A stretch of 64,000 nucleotides of DNA from Actinomycetales bacterium (GTDB lineage: Bacteria; Actinomycetota; Actinomycetes; Actinomycetales; CAWJMD01). Numbering within the stretch: position 1 is the first letter of the stretch; the number at the start of each line of letters is the position of its first letter. Shown here piece by piece: positions 18,320-28,594 of this stretch. The stretch covers positions 49,560 to 113,559 of the forward strand of contig JBKECN010000057.1 of NCBI GenBank assembly GCA_047974565.1. Direction: 5' to 3'. A program made the position numbers and the translations under genes. The notes beneath the pieces are model-generated. The model searched no databases. It saw only the letters and a list, made by a program, of their open reading frames with translations, and had not been told where the DNA came from.

Positions 18320-18745
18320 GCGAAACGTCACCCGGGTCGCGAAGAGCAGCCTTGGGTAACGCTAGAAGCCACCCGAGGCGGCACAACGTCACCCGGGTCA
18401 CGAAAGCAGGCCCAAACGTCACCCGGGTCACCAAGTGCGGCCTTGGGTCACGCTAGATGCCACCCGAGGCGGCACAACGTCACCCGGGTCACGAAGTGCA
18501 GGCCCAAACGTCACCCGGGTCACGAAGAGCAGCCTTGGGCAACGCTAGAAGTCACCCGAGGCGGAACAACGTCACCCAGGTCACGAACTGCAGGCCCAAA
18601 CGCCACCCGGGTCACGAACTGCGGCCCTGGGTCACGCTAGAAGTCACCCGAGGCGGCACAACGTCACCCGGGTCACGACGGGCAGGCCCCAAACGTCACC
18701 CGGGTTGCGAAAGGGCGGGGCCCCAAACGTCACCGGGGTCACGAA
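18320..18745 (+). repeat. array 1 of the GTCAC-N4-GTCAC core repeat family (10 cores)
   Basis: Cores CGTCACCCGGGTCACG, or 1-2 nt variants, start at 18326, 18387, 18417, 18478, 18509, 18570, 18601, 18662, 18704 and 18728. Spacings are 61,30,61,31,61,31,61,42,24. Confidence 0.9.
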
Positions 18746-18813
18746 ACACGCTCTCGGGAGACGGTTGTCGGCGTCGTCAGGCAGCGCCTGAGGGGACAGC
18801 GTGCCCGGAGCGG

Positions 18814-19209
18814 TCAGCGGGAGCGGCCCCATGCGGCGTACCACTGCCACCACGGATTCAGCGCCATGAAGGAGCCGGCGTCGCCATACCCCGCGAAGAC
18901 GAAGCCATACTGGCGGTACTTCACCGTCCACAGATCCTCAGCGGGAGTCTCCACCCGCACCCCGCAACCGTCCACGCAGGTGCGGACATCGTCGTAACGG
19001 GCCCGCACTGCCGGCTCGCCCAGCACCCGGTACGCCTCGGTCGCTCGACGGAACGCCTCGGGTGACGGGCTGGTCGCGGTATCCGGATGATGCTGGCGAG
19101 CCTGTCGCCGGTAGGCGCGGGTGATGTCCAGTTGGGTGGCGTGCGGGGGAAGTTGAAGGACTGCGTAGTAGTCGTTGTCGATCCACTGGGCCAGGGTGGA
19201 GTGATCCAT
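18814..19209 (-). CDS. J-domain (DnaJ N-terminal domain) protein with a Trp/aromatic-rich C-terminus
   Basis: Contains DYYAVLQLPPHATQLDITRAYRRQARQHHPDTA (HPD motif). ATG verified at 19209, with a gaggaa RBS. The C-terminus is ..FMALNPWWQWYAAWGRSR. Confidence 0.65.
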   Translation of the reverse strand: MDHSTLAQWIDNDYYAVLQLPPHATQLDITRAYRRQARQHHPDTATSPSPEAFRRATEAYRVLGEPAVRARYDDVRTCVDGCGVRVETPAEDLWTVKYRQYGFVFAGYGDAGSFMALNPWWQWYAAWGRSR

Positions 19210-19365
19210 GGCGTTCCTCGCGCAGAAGTGGGCTTGCGTGTGCTGGTCGCGACGCTGCGCCAGCATCACGGTAACCGGTCCAGGTGCCGGTCCGTAACCC
19301 CGGGTCGAGGCCCCGGCTAGGGTTTGAGGGCCCGTCCCCGCACGTCATCGCTAGCAGAGGTCGCC

Positions 19366-19779
19366 ATGTACCGCACGATGCTCAAGAGCAAGATCCATCG
19401 AGCCACCGTCACCCACGCGGATCTGCACTACGTCGGCTCCCTCACGGTCAGCGCCGACCTGATGGCGGCAGCAGATCTGCTGCCCGGCGAGAAGGTGGAC
19501 GTGGTGGACGTCACCAACGGCGCCAGGCTTTCCACCTATGTCATCGAGGGCCCGGCAGGCGAGGGCGTGATCGGTATCAACGGCGCCGCCGCCCGATTGG
19601 TGCACGTCGGCGACATCGTCATCATCATCGGCTACGCCCAGGTGGCAGACGCCGAGGCCCGGGCTTTGGAGCCAGCCATCGTCTTCGTCGACGCCGAGAA
19701 CCGCTTCGACCACACCGGCCACGACCCGGCGGAGGCGCTGGAGGGGCTCAGCCGAGGTGACCTGGCCGAGCCGATCTGA
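19366..19779 (+). CDS. panD: aspartate 1-decarboxylase
   Basis: Contains [28 protein letters not shown], which includes the Gly-Ser self-processing site. This is the inner part of track ORF 19324..19779. Confidence 0.9.
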   Translation: MYRTMLKSKIHRATVTHADLHYVGSLTVSADLMAAADLLPGEKVDVVDVTNGARLSTYVIEGPAGEGVIGINGAAARLVHVGDIVIIIGYAQVADAEARALEPAIVFVDAENRFDHTGHDPAEALEGLSRGDLAEPI

Positions 19780-19819
19780 GCCTCGCCCAAGGTCGGCTAC
19801 TTCCGGGCCCAATGCCGTT

Positions 19820-20205
19820 CACCCGAAGCCACATTTCGCGACCAGGGTGACGTTTGGCCGCCGAACCTCGCGGCCCGGGTGACGTTTGGCGCCCGCACTT
19901 CGCGACCCGGGTGACATTTGGGCGCCTCGGGCAACCTCTACCGCCACCCCAGACCGCACTTCGTTACCCGGGTGACCTTTGGCCGCCGCTTTCGCGACCC
20001 GGGTGACGTTTGGCGCCTGCACTTCGCGACCCGGGTGACATTTGGCCACCTCCGGCAACCTCTACCGCCACCCCAGACCGCACTTCGCAACCAGGGTGAC
20101 GATTGGCCACTGCACTTCGCGGCCCGGGTGACGTTTGGCCACCTCGGGCAACCTCTACCGCCACCCCAGGCCGCACTTCGCTACCAGGGTGACGTTTGGC
20201 GTCCA
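19820..20205 (-). repeat. array 2 of the same core family, inverted relative to array 1 (9 cores)
   Basis: Reverse-complement cores CGCGACCCGGGTGACG (with variants) start at 19837, 19869, 19901, 19962, 19993, 20025, 20086, 20118 and 20179. Spacings are 32,32,61,31,32,61,32,61. Confidence 0.9.
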
Positions 20206-20289
20206 GCGCGTGAGGACCGACTCAACCGAACCGACTCAACCGAACCGAACAGGCGGCGCCGGTGCCTCAATCAACCGGACCGTGCGGGC

Positions 20290-20421
20290 TCAGGTGGACG
20301 GACCCGCGAAACGGTGGTCGCGCTCGCAGACCCACAGGAGCTTGGTCTCACCATCACTCGTGTGGGACTCCGTGCGCACGCCGCTACCGCCGCACTGGGG
20401 GCATGAAGGTGCAGTACTCAT
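20290..20421 (-). CDS. possible 43-aa zinc-ribbon-like small protein (not in the ORF track)
   Basis: Manual translation gives MSTAPSCPQCGGSGVRTESHTSDGETKLLWVCERDHRFAGPST*, with CPxC ... C-x3-H. There is no clear RBS and GC3 is only moderate. Confidence 0.3.
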   Translation of the reverse strand: MSTAPSCPQCGGSGVRTESHTSDGETKLLWVCERDHRFAGPST

Positions 20422-20501
20422 GGTCTTGAGGGTGCCACCCGCGGGCGGGGTGCGCTAGTAGTCGGACACGGGTTCTCTGGGCAGCTTCTTCCGTTGTGAA
20501 A

Positions 20502-20966
20502 TCAGGCGTCGTCGTCCTCATCCGGCGAGGGTGGGCGACGACACCACCGCTCGACCACCAGACCGGCCGAACACAATGCCAGGGACGCCAGGGTGGCCGC
20601 CATCGCCTGCTCGAATCGGGCCAGCCTGGGCTCGATCTCCAGGTCGGTGACCAGGCCCACCCCGAGCCCGAAGTACCACCCGGTGAAGATGGCCCCGGCA
20701 TAGCCGGCAGCCTTGGCCAAGGCCACGGTCCGGGTGGCCCGCAGCGGGTCGAGTCGTTTCGTCGTGGGGGTCCGCTCACCACGGGTCCAGCGTCGCACCG
20801 GTAGCCCGAGCACGACGAGGACGACGGCCATCGTCAGCAGTACCACCGGGGTGGACCACGGGATCGGCAAGGCGTCCAGACCCGCGGAGGTCATCCACCA
20901 GGCCACCAGAGCGCCCAGCAGCGCCCCGGCCACCGCCAGGGCGGCCAGCGACCTCGCCCGGATCAC
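20502..20966 (-). CDS. DUF3180-type membrane protein
   Basis: Four predicted TM helices. Its position immediately downstream of folK is conserved in actinobacteria. Confidence 0.7.
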   Translation of the reverse strand: MIRARSLAALAVAGALLGALVAWWMTSAGLDALPIPWSTPVVLLTMAVVLVVLGLPVRRWTRGERTPTTKRLDPLRATRTVALAKAAGYAGAIFTGWYFGLGVGLVTDLEIEPRLARFEQAMAATLASLALCSAGLVVERWCRRPPSPDEDDDA

Positions 20967-21505
20967 GACATTCGACGGCGGCGCGGGCGGCGGTGCGGAC
21001 GCACCCCGAGCCGGTCGTTGGCGGCCGCTGCCAGCGTGGCCACGGAGCCACCCTGCGGCCCCGGCAGGTGCGCGTCGGGGTCCAGTTGCGCCCAGGGCAC
21101 GAGCACGAAGGCCCGCTCATGGGCGCGTGGGTGCGGCACGGTGAGCCGCTCGTCGTCGTCGACGAGTTCGCCGTAGGTGATGATGTCGATGTCGAGAGTG
21201 CGCGGCCCCCAACGCACCACGCGTGACCGGTCGAACTGGGCCTCGATCTCCTGGCAGGCCCACAGGAGTTCCATCGCGCTGAGTTCACACGCGCACTGCA
21301 GCACCGCGTTGAGGTAGGTGGGTTGGCCGGCCGGGCCGCCGACCGGATCGGTCTCCACCACTTGAGATCGGCCCAGCACCTGCAGCCCGGGGACGGCGTT
21401 GAGTGCGGCCACCGCCCCGGTCAGGTTGGCGTCCCGGTCACCGAGGTTGGAGCCGATCGCCAGCACCACCGGGACCGGGCCGGTGGGCTCTCGGGAGGGA
21501 GTCAT
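20963..21505 (-). CDS. folK: 2-amino-4-hydroxy-6-hydroxymethyldihydropteridine diphosphokinase
   Basis: Contains VVLAIGSNLGDR, RWGPRTLDIDII and VPHPRAHERAFVLVPW. The ATG at 21505 overlaps the folB TGA (ATGA). Confidence 0.85.
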   Translation of the reverse strand: MTPSREPTGPVPVVLAIGSNLGDRDANLTGAVAALNAVPGLQVLGRSQVVETDPVGGPAGQPTYLNAVLQCACELSAMELLWACQEIEAQFDRSRVVRWGPRTLDIDIITYGELVDDDERLTVPHPRAHERAFVLVPWAQLDPDAHLPGPQGGSVATLAAAANDRLGVRPHRRPRRRRMS

Positions 21506-21879
21506 GATCTGCTCCGACGGATTCGTAGGACAACGTCGTCGAAAGGCACCGGAATCGGTGCCGCGGGCTTGTGCACCGCCACCTCGACCGCTCGCACCCC
21601 GGCGAAACCGAGGCACGTGGTCGCGATGCGGTCGGCGAGCGTCTCGATGAGGTTGACCGGTGAGCCTGCGACCTGTTCGTGTACCGCCACCGCGACCGCG
21701 CCGTAGTCGACGGTATCGGCCAGGTCATCCGAGCGGGCGGCCGGGTCGGTGTCCACGTCCAGTCGCAGGTCCACGACGAACTCCTGACCGTCGCGCCGTT
21801 CGTCCTCGAAGACCCCGTGTCGCCCGAATGCTCGCAGGCCACGCAGTTCGATCCGGTCGGACCCGCCCCGCTCGTTCAT
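21502..21879 (-). CDS. folB: dihydroneopterin aldolase
   Basis: Contains DRIELRGLRAFGRHGVFEDERRDGQEFVVDL and DTVDYG. This is the inner part of track ORF 21502..22041. Confidence 0.85.
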   Translation of the reverse strand: MNERGGSDRIELRGLRAFGRHGVFEDERRDGQEFVVDLRLDVDTDPAARSDDLADTVDYGAVAVAVHEQVAGSPVNLIETLADRIATTCLGFAGVRAVEVAVHKPAAPIPVPFDDVVLRIRRSRS

Positions 21880-21907
21880 CGCCTCACTCGTCTCATCGCC
21901 AGGCCGG

Positions 21908-22780
21908 TCATCGACCGGCTCGCCAGGCCTGGGCCACGGCGACGGCCGCGACGTTCGCGGGCACCTCGTGCACGCGTACCCCCCAGGCCCCGGCCTGCGC
22001 GGCCAGCGCCGTGGTGGCGGCGGTGGCGTGGTCCCGCTCACCCGGGGCGACCGGAGCCGCGTCCGGGTCCCCCAGCTGCCCCAGGAAGCGCTTGCGGGAG
22101 GTCCCCACCAGCAACGGCAAGCCGAGCGTGATCAGCAGGTCGAGGTGGGCCAGCACGGCCCAGTTGTGGGCGGCGGTCTTGGCGAAGCCGATGCCTGGGT
22201 CCAGCACCAGCAACTCCGGGCTGAGCCCGGTGCGCACGAGTTCGTCCACCCGGGAACTGAGTTCGGCCAGGACGGCCGCCGGGGCACCGCCCGGTCCGTC
22301 GTACCGGGCGAGGGAGTCCATCGTCGCCGAGTGACCGCGCCAGTGCATGGCCACATAGGTCACGTCGGCGTCCGCGGCCACCCGGGGCAGCGCTGGGTCG
22401 GCGAGGCCGCCACTGACGTCGTTGACCATCACCGCACCGGCCTGCACGGCGGCGACCGCCGTAGCGGCCCGCATGGTGTCCACACTCACCCGGACTCCGC
22501 CGGCGACCAGCCCTTCGATCACCGGCAGCACCCGCCGGATCTCCTCCTGCGGGGATACCCGGGCAGCCCCGGGCCGGGTCGACTCTCCACCCACGTCGAG
22601 CAGATCAGCCCCTTGAGCGACGAGTTCCAGACCGTGCTCGATCGCGACATCGGGATCGAACCACGCCCCACCGTCGGAGAACGAATCCGGAGTGACGTTG
22701 ACGACGCCCATCACCAGGCACCGTCCACCCACCCCGCGAGTCAGCTCGGCGGGGGTGATCCGGCCGGGCGTGAGCCCCAT
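21908..22780 (-). CDS. folP: dihydropteroate synthase
   Basis: Contains VMGVVNVTPDSFSDGG, DVGGESTRPG and VLDPGIGFAKT. The ATG at 22780 shares 1 nt with the folE stop. Confidence 0.9.
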   Translation of the reverse strand: MGLTPGRITPAELTRGVGGRCLVMGVVNVTPDSFSDGGAWFDPDVAIEHGLELVAQGADLLDVGGESTRPGAARVSPQEEIRRVLPVIEGLVAGGVRVSVDTMRAATAVAAVQAGAVMVNDVSGGLADPALPRVAADADVTYVAMHWRGHSATMDSLARYDGPGGAPAAVLAELSSRVDELVRTGLSPELLVLDPGIGFAKTAAHNWAVLAHLDLLITLGLPLLVGTSRKRFLGQLGDPDAAPVAPGERDHATAATTALAAQAGAWGVRVHEVPANVAAVAVAQAWRAGR

Positions 22781-23366
22781 CAGCCCCGGCCAAGGATGAG
22801 ACTGAGCGCCTCGGCGCGGGTGGCGGCGTCCCGCATCGAACCGCGCATCGCCGAGGTAACCGTCTTGGCTCCCGGCTTGCGCACACCTCGCATCGACATG
22901 CACAGATGCTCGCACTCGATGACGACGATCGCGCCGCGCGGTTGCAGCGCGGTCATGATCGCGTCGGCGACCTGGCTGGTCAGGCGCTCCTGCACCTGTG
23001 GCCGGCGGGCGTAGCCGTCGACCAGCCGGGCGAACTTGCTCAGCCCGGCGATCCGGCCGGCCTTGTTCGGCACGTAGCCCACGTGGGCCGTGCCGTGGAA
23101 GGGCACCAGGTGATGCTCACAGGTGGAGTAGACCTCGATGTCCTTGATCAGGACCATCTCGTCATGCCCGAGGTCGAAAGTGGTGGAGAGGTGGTCGAGC
23201 GGGTCCAGATGCAAGCCACCGAAGATCTCCGCGTACGAGCGGGCCACCCGGCCGGGGGTGTCCAGCAGCCCGTCCCGGTCCGGGTCCTCGCCGATCCCGA
23301 TGAGGATCTCCCGCACGGCGCGCTCGATCCGGGGCAGGTCGATCGGGCCGCGGGCCACCGGCTCGC

Positions 23367-23370
<4 letters not shown>
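22780..23370 (-). CDS. folE: GTP cyclohydrolase I
   Basis: Contains [19 protein letters not shown] and [13 protein letters not shown]. The GTG start overlaps the ftsH TGA (GTGA). Confidence 0.9.
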
Positions 23371-25421
<2,051 letters not shown>

Positions 25422-25582
25422 CTATGGCAGGGACAGGCCCTGTCCTTTCCGTGGTCGTCCTGGTGCTGTCGTGCCGTTCCCATGCAAGGGTGCAGTAGGC
25501 GTGCACGAAACGGTACACCGCGAGGGTGCACTACATCCCGCGGTTGGCAACGCCTCAACCCACCCGGACGTTCCCGAGTGGC

Positions 25583-26137
25583 TCACCCGCCGTACACGTG
25601 TGGGGCCAGGGTCGCGACGAAGCGCAGGTTGCGGTACCGCTCGGCGAAGTCCAGTCCGTAGCCGACAACAAACTCGTTGGGGATATCGAAGCCGCAGTAG
25701 AGGGGAGTGACCTCCACTTTGGCGGCGTCCGGTTTGCGGAGCAGGGTGCACACCTCCACCGAGGCCGGACCGCGCGAGGCGAGGTTCTGGATCAGCCAGG
25801 AGAGGGTCAACCCGGAGTCGATGATGTCCTCGACGATAAGCACGTGCCGGTTGGAGATGTCGGTGTCCAGGTCCTTGATGATCCGCACCACCCCGGACGA
25901 TTTGGTGCCGGCACCGTAACTCGACACGGCCATCCAATCCATTTCGACCGGAATGTGCAGATGGCGGGCCAAGTCTGCCATCACCATCACCGCGCCCTTG
26001 AGCACTCCCACGATGAGCACGTCCCGACCGGCGTAGTCGGCGTCGATCTGGGCGGCCAATTCGGCCAGCCTCGCCTGCAACCGATCCTCGCTGATCAAGA
26101 TCCCCGCGAGATCGGTGCCAACATCCTCAGCGTCCAC
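25583..26137 (-). CDS. hpt: hypoxanthine phosphoribosyltransferase
   Basis: The PRPP loop is VLIVEDIIDSGLT, and EFVVGYGLD is present. GTG at 26137 lies 6 nt after aggagg. The GTG at 26143 abuts the RBS and is less likely. Confidence 0.9.
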   Translation of the reverse strand: MDAEDVGTDLAGILISEDRLQARLAELAAQIDADYAGRDVLIVGVLKGAVMVMADLARHLHIPVEMDWMAVSSYGAGTKSSGVVRIIKDLDTDISNRHVLIVEDIIDSGLTLSWLIQNLASRGPASVEVCTLLRKPDAAKVEVTPLYCGFDIPNEFVVGYGLDFAERYRNLRFVATLAPHVYGG

Positions 26138-27416
26138 GCGCACCCTCCTGTCGGTTCGTCCGCGGCCCGGACGGGAACAGCCTGCCAGACCGACGGGTCA
26201 CACTCACCCCACCGGGCAGTGCCACCGTGCCCTGTCCGTGCCAGTCAACGACCAGAGCGTCCACCGCGAGTACATGAGTGCGGGCCAGCGACCCCGCCGG
26301 GCAGCCCAGATCGGCCAGCCAGGCCCGCAGAGCCCGGCGCCGGATCGCCGTCGGAGCCAGAACCAGGGCCTCGGCCTCCAGGGTGTCCGCTCCGGTCGGC
26401 CCGCACACCCGCGCGCTCGCCTTCGCCTGCGGCCGGTCCGGACCCACCCGCCCGTCCGACCCGGCGGAACCGTCGATCTCCAAGGAACTGTCGATCTCCA
26501 CCGAACTGACCGCAGGAACAGGTCCTGGCCGTTGCCGGCGGTGATCCTCCATGGAACTGTCGATCTCTATGGAACTGTCCGCCCTCGCGGAATCGCTGAG
26601 GGGCGCCGCACCCCGACCAGCGAACGCGTCCCGTTCAGCCCTCCACTCCCCCACCCGCGCGGTGCCCAGCAGATCCGCGGCGAGTTCATCCAGGGCGGCG
26701 GTGTCCTCGGCGAGTTGGGCGGCGGTTCGGGCCAGCGCCGCGGCAACGCCCGGTCCGAGCTCATCCTCCAGGACCGGCAGCACTCGGTGCCGTACTCGGT
26801 TGCGGGCGAATCGCGGATCCCGGTTTGCGGGATCGTGCCAGGCTTGCAGTCCGAGGTCGGCGCACGCCTGGTGCACGAGCGCCCGCGGCACCTCCAGCAG
26901 TGGACGGACGTACTGGCCCCGGCGGGCCGGCATCCCGGCCAGCGAGCGCGCCCCGGATCCGCGGGCCAGGCCTAGCAGCACCTGCTCGGCTTGGTCGTCC
27001 AGCGTGTGACCGAGCAGCATCAGCCGGGCGCTCGAGGCCGCGATCGCCCGCTCGAATGCCCGATACCGAGCGGTGCGGGCGGCAGCTTCAGGTCCCTCAC
27101 CGGTCGGGGCCACCTGCGCCGCGATCACCAGGACGTGACCCGCGCCGGCCTGGCGGCAGGCCTGATCGGCCTGTGCGGCGATCTGGGCGGAGTCGGGTTG
27201 CAGGCCGTGATCGACGACGACCGCATCGACCCTCAGGCCGAGCCGGGGGCCTTCGAAAGCGGCTGCGGCGAGCAGCGCGAGGGAGTCGGGGCCGCCGCTA
27301 CAGCCGACCAGGACGCGGTCGGCCGACTCCAGGGCGGGGCCCCCGGATTCCAGGTCGGCCAGCACCCGCCGGACGGCGTGACGAACGATGGCCACCGCCG
27401 GCGACGGCCCCGGCAT
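26127..27416 (-). CDS. tilS: tRNA(Ile)-lysidine synthetase
   Basis: PP-loop is VGCSGGPDSLAL. The start ATG shares 1 nt with the upstream stop. The protein contains an unusual repeat-bearing insertion (SSIEIDSS..VEIDSSLEIDGS). Confidence 0.85.
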   Translation of the reverse strand: MPGPSPAVAIVRHAVRRVLADLESGGPALESADRVLVGCSGGPDSLALLAAAAFEGPRLGLRVDAVVVDHGLQPDSAQIAAQADQACRQAGAGHVLVIAAQVAPTGEGPEAAARTARYRAFERAIAASSARLMLLGHTLDDQAEQVLLGLARGSGARSLAGMPARRGQYVRPLLEVPRALVHQACADLGLQAWHDPANRDPRFARNRVRHRVLPVLEDELGPGVAAALARTAAQLAEDTAALDELAADLLGTARVGEWRAERDAFAGRGAAPLSDSARADSSIEIDSSMEDHRRQRPGPVPAVSSVEIDSSLEIDGSAGSDGRVGPDRPQAKASARVCGPTGADTLEAEALVLAPTAIRRRALRAWLADLGCPAGSLARTHVLAVDALVVDWHGQGTVALPGGVSVTRRSGRLFPSGPRTNRQEGARGR

Positions 27417-28501
27417 CAGTCCAGGACTCGCTGCACCCAGGCCCGCGGCTGGAGGATCTCCTCGGGCCGGGGCAGGGCGTCCGGGCTCGTCCAGACCTGG
27501 TTGAAGCCGTCCATTCCAGCCTCCGCCACCACACCCCGCACGAAGATGGCACCGTCCCGGTACTGACGCATCTTGGCCTCCAGCCCCAGCAGCCGACGCA
27601 GCAGACGGTCCAGTGCGCCAGCCCCTTGGCGACGTACGGTGAAGCGATCCCGGATCTGCTTCACCGAGCCGATCACCTCGGGGCCGGCCTCGTCCATCAC
27701 CACATCGGCGTGACCCTCCAGCAGGCTCATGGTCGCGGTCAGCTGGGCCAGGTGACGGCGCTGCTCGGGTGTCTGGATGAGGTCCAGCAGGCTGGTGTTG
27801 CCGTCGCTACGGACCAGGTCTGGCAGTGCTCGAGCCGCGTTGGACACCCGCTCGACGACCTCGCCCGGTCGCCCGAGCAGGTCACTGACCAGGGCGCTGC
27901 TGGACTCGAGCAGATGGCCACGCAGCCAGTCGCAGGCGGCGAACTGCACTCGGTGGGTCTCCTCGTGCAGGCAGACCCACAGCCGGAAATCACTCGGGTC
28001 CACATCGAGGTCGCGTTCGACCTGGACGATATTGGGGGCCACCAGCAACAATCGGCCACCCGCTCCGGTGACGCTTGACGGGCCGGCGATGTCGTACTGG
28101 CCGAGGACCCGGCTGCCTAGGAAGGCCAGTAACGCCCCGACTTCGCTGCCGGTGGCCTTGCGGCCGACCGCGAGCACCCCGGGGTTGGTGCCCGGACGCG
28201 CCTTCATCGCCTGGTCTACCGCCGGGGCGAGGATGGCACGGAAGGCGTCGGCGTTGGCTTGAACCCAACCGCGGCGGTCGACCACGAGCACCCCGTCGCC
28301 GGGCTTGGCCCGCAGGCCTGTGACGGCTTGGACATGCCCGGTCGAGGCGACGGCGTCGGCGCGCAGTTCGTCGACCACCTCGCGGGCCTGGCGGGCGTCC
28401 ACCTTGGGCCCGGGGCGCAGCAACCCGCGAGCCACGGTGACCGCCAGCGGGAAGTCGATGAGGGAGTCGACCGCGGTGTGGTCGATCGGCTGCGTCGTCA
28501 T
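27416..28501 (-). CDS. zinc-dependent metalloprotease (DUF2342 family)
   Basis: The HExxH motif occurs in VCLHEETHRVQF. ATG verified at 28501. The track ORF 27416..28582 is slightly longer. Confidence 0.7.
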   Translation of the reverse strand: MTTQPIDHTAVDSLIDFPLAVTVARGLLRPGPKVDARQAREVVDELRADAVASTGHVQAVTGLRAKPGDGVLVVDRRGWVQANADAFRAILAPAVDQAMKARPGTNPGVLAVGRKATGSEVGALLAFLGSRVLGQYDIAGPSSVTGAGGRLLLVAPNIVQVERDLDVDPSDFRLWVCLHEETHRVQFAACDWLRGHLLESSSALVSDLLGRPGEVVERVSNAARALPDLVRSDGNTSLLDLIQTPEQRRHLAQLTATMSLLEGHADVVMDEAGPEVIGSVKQIRDRFTVRRQGAGALDRLLRRLLGLEAKMRQYRDGAIFVRGVVAEAGMDGFNQVWTSPDALPRPEEILQPRAWVQRVLD

Positions 28502-28594
28502 CGAGCCACCGTAGCCCGCGCCGCCGGTTCCGGGCCGGTATCTGGGCCGTGCACGCCCATCCCCGTACTTCCCGCTATGCACACACCCACGAGG

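Noticed and set aside
18326-18341. The core motif as a PhoP PHO box or a LexA SOS box
   Set aside because: PHO-box direct repeat units have an 11-nt period with a GTTCACC-like core, whereas the GTCAC repeats here are 9 nt apart. The LexA box (TCGAAC-N4-GTTCGA) is a palindrome of different sequence. Only a generic resemblance to direct-repeat response-regulator sites is retained.
18320-18745. The repeat arrays (also 19820-20205 and 45301-45900) as CRISPR arrays
   Set aside because: The sequences between cores are themselves repeated from unit to unit, so there are no unique spacers. The repeat lengths and spacings (about 31 and 61 bp alternating) do not fit a repeat-spacer structure. No cas genes are present in the window.
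18293-19065. Track ORFs running through the arrays (18293..18640, 18457..19065, 19918..20406, 19819..20058, 45654..46229 and others)
   Set aside because: Their protein sequences are periodic translations of the DNA repeat (RHPGHE.., VTRVT.., TSPGSR..). They have no start context and occur in several frames and on both strands, so they are artefacts of repetitive GC-rich DNA.
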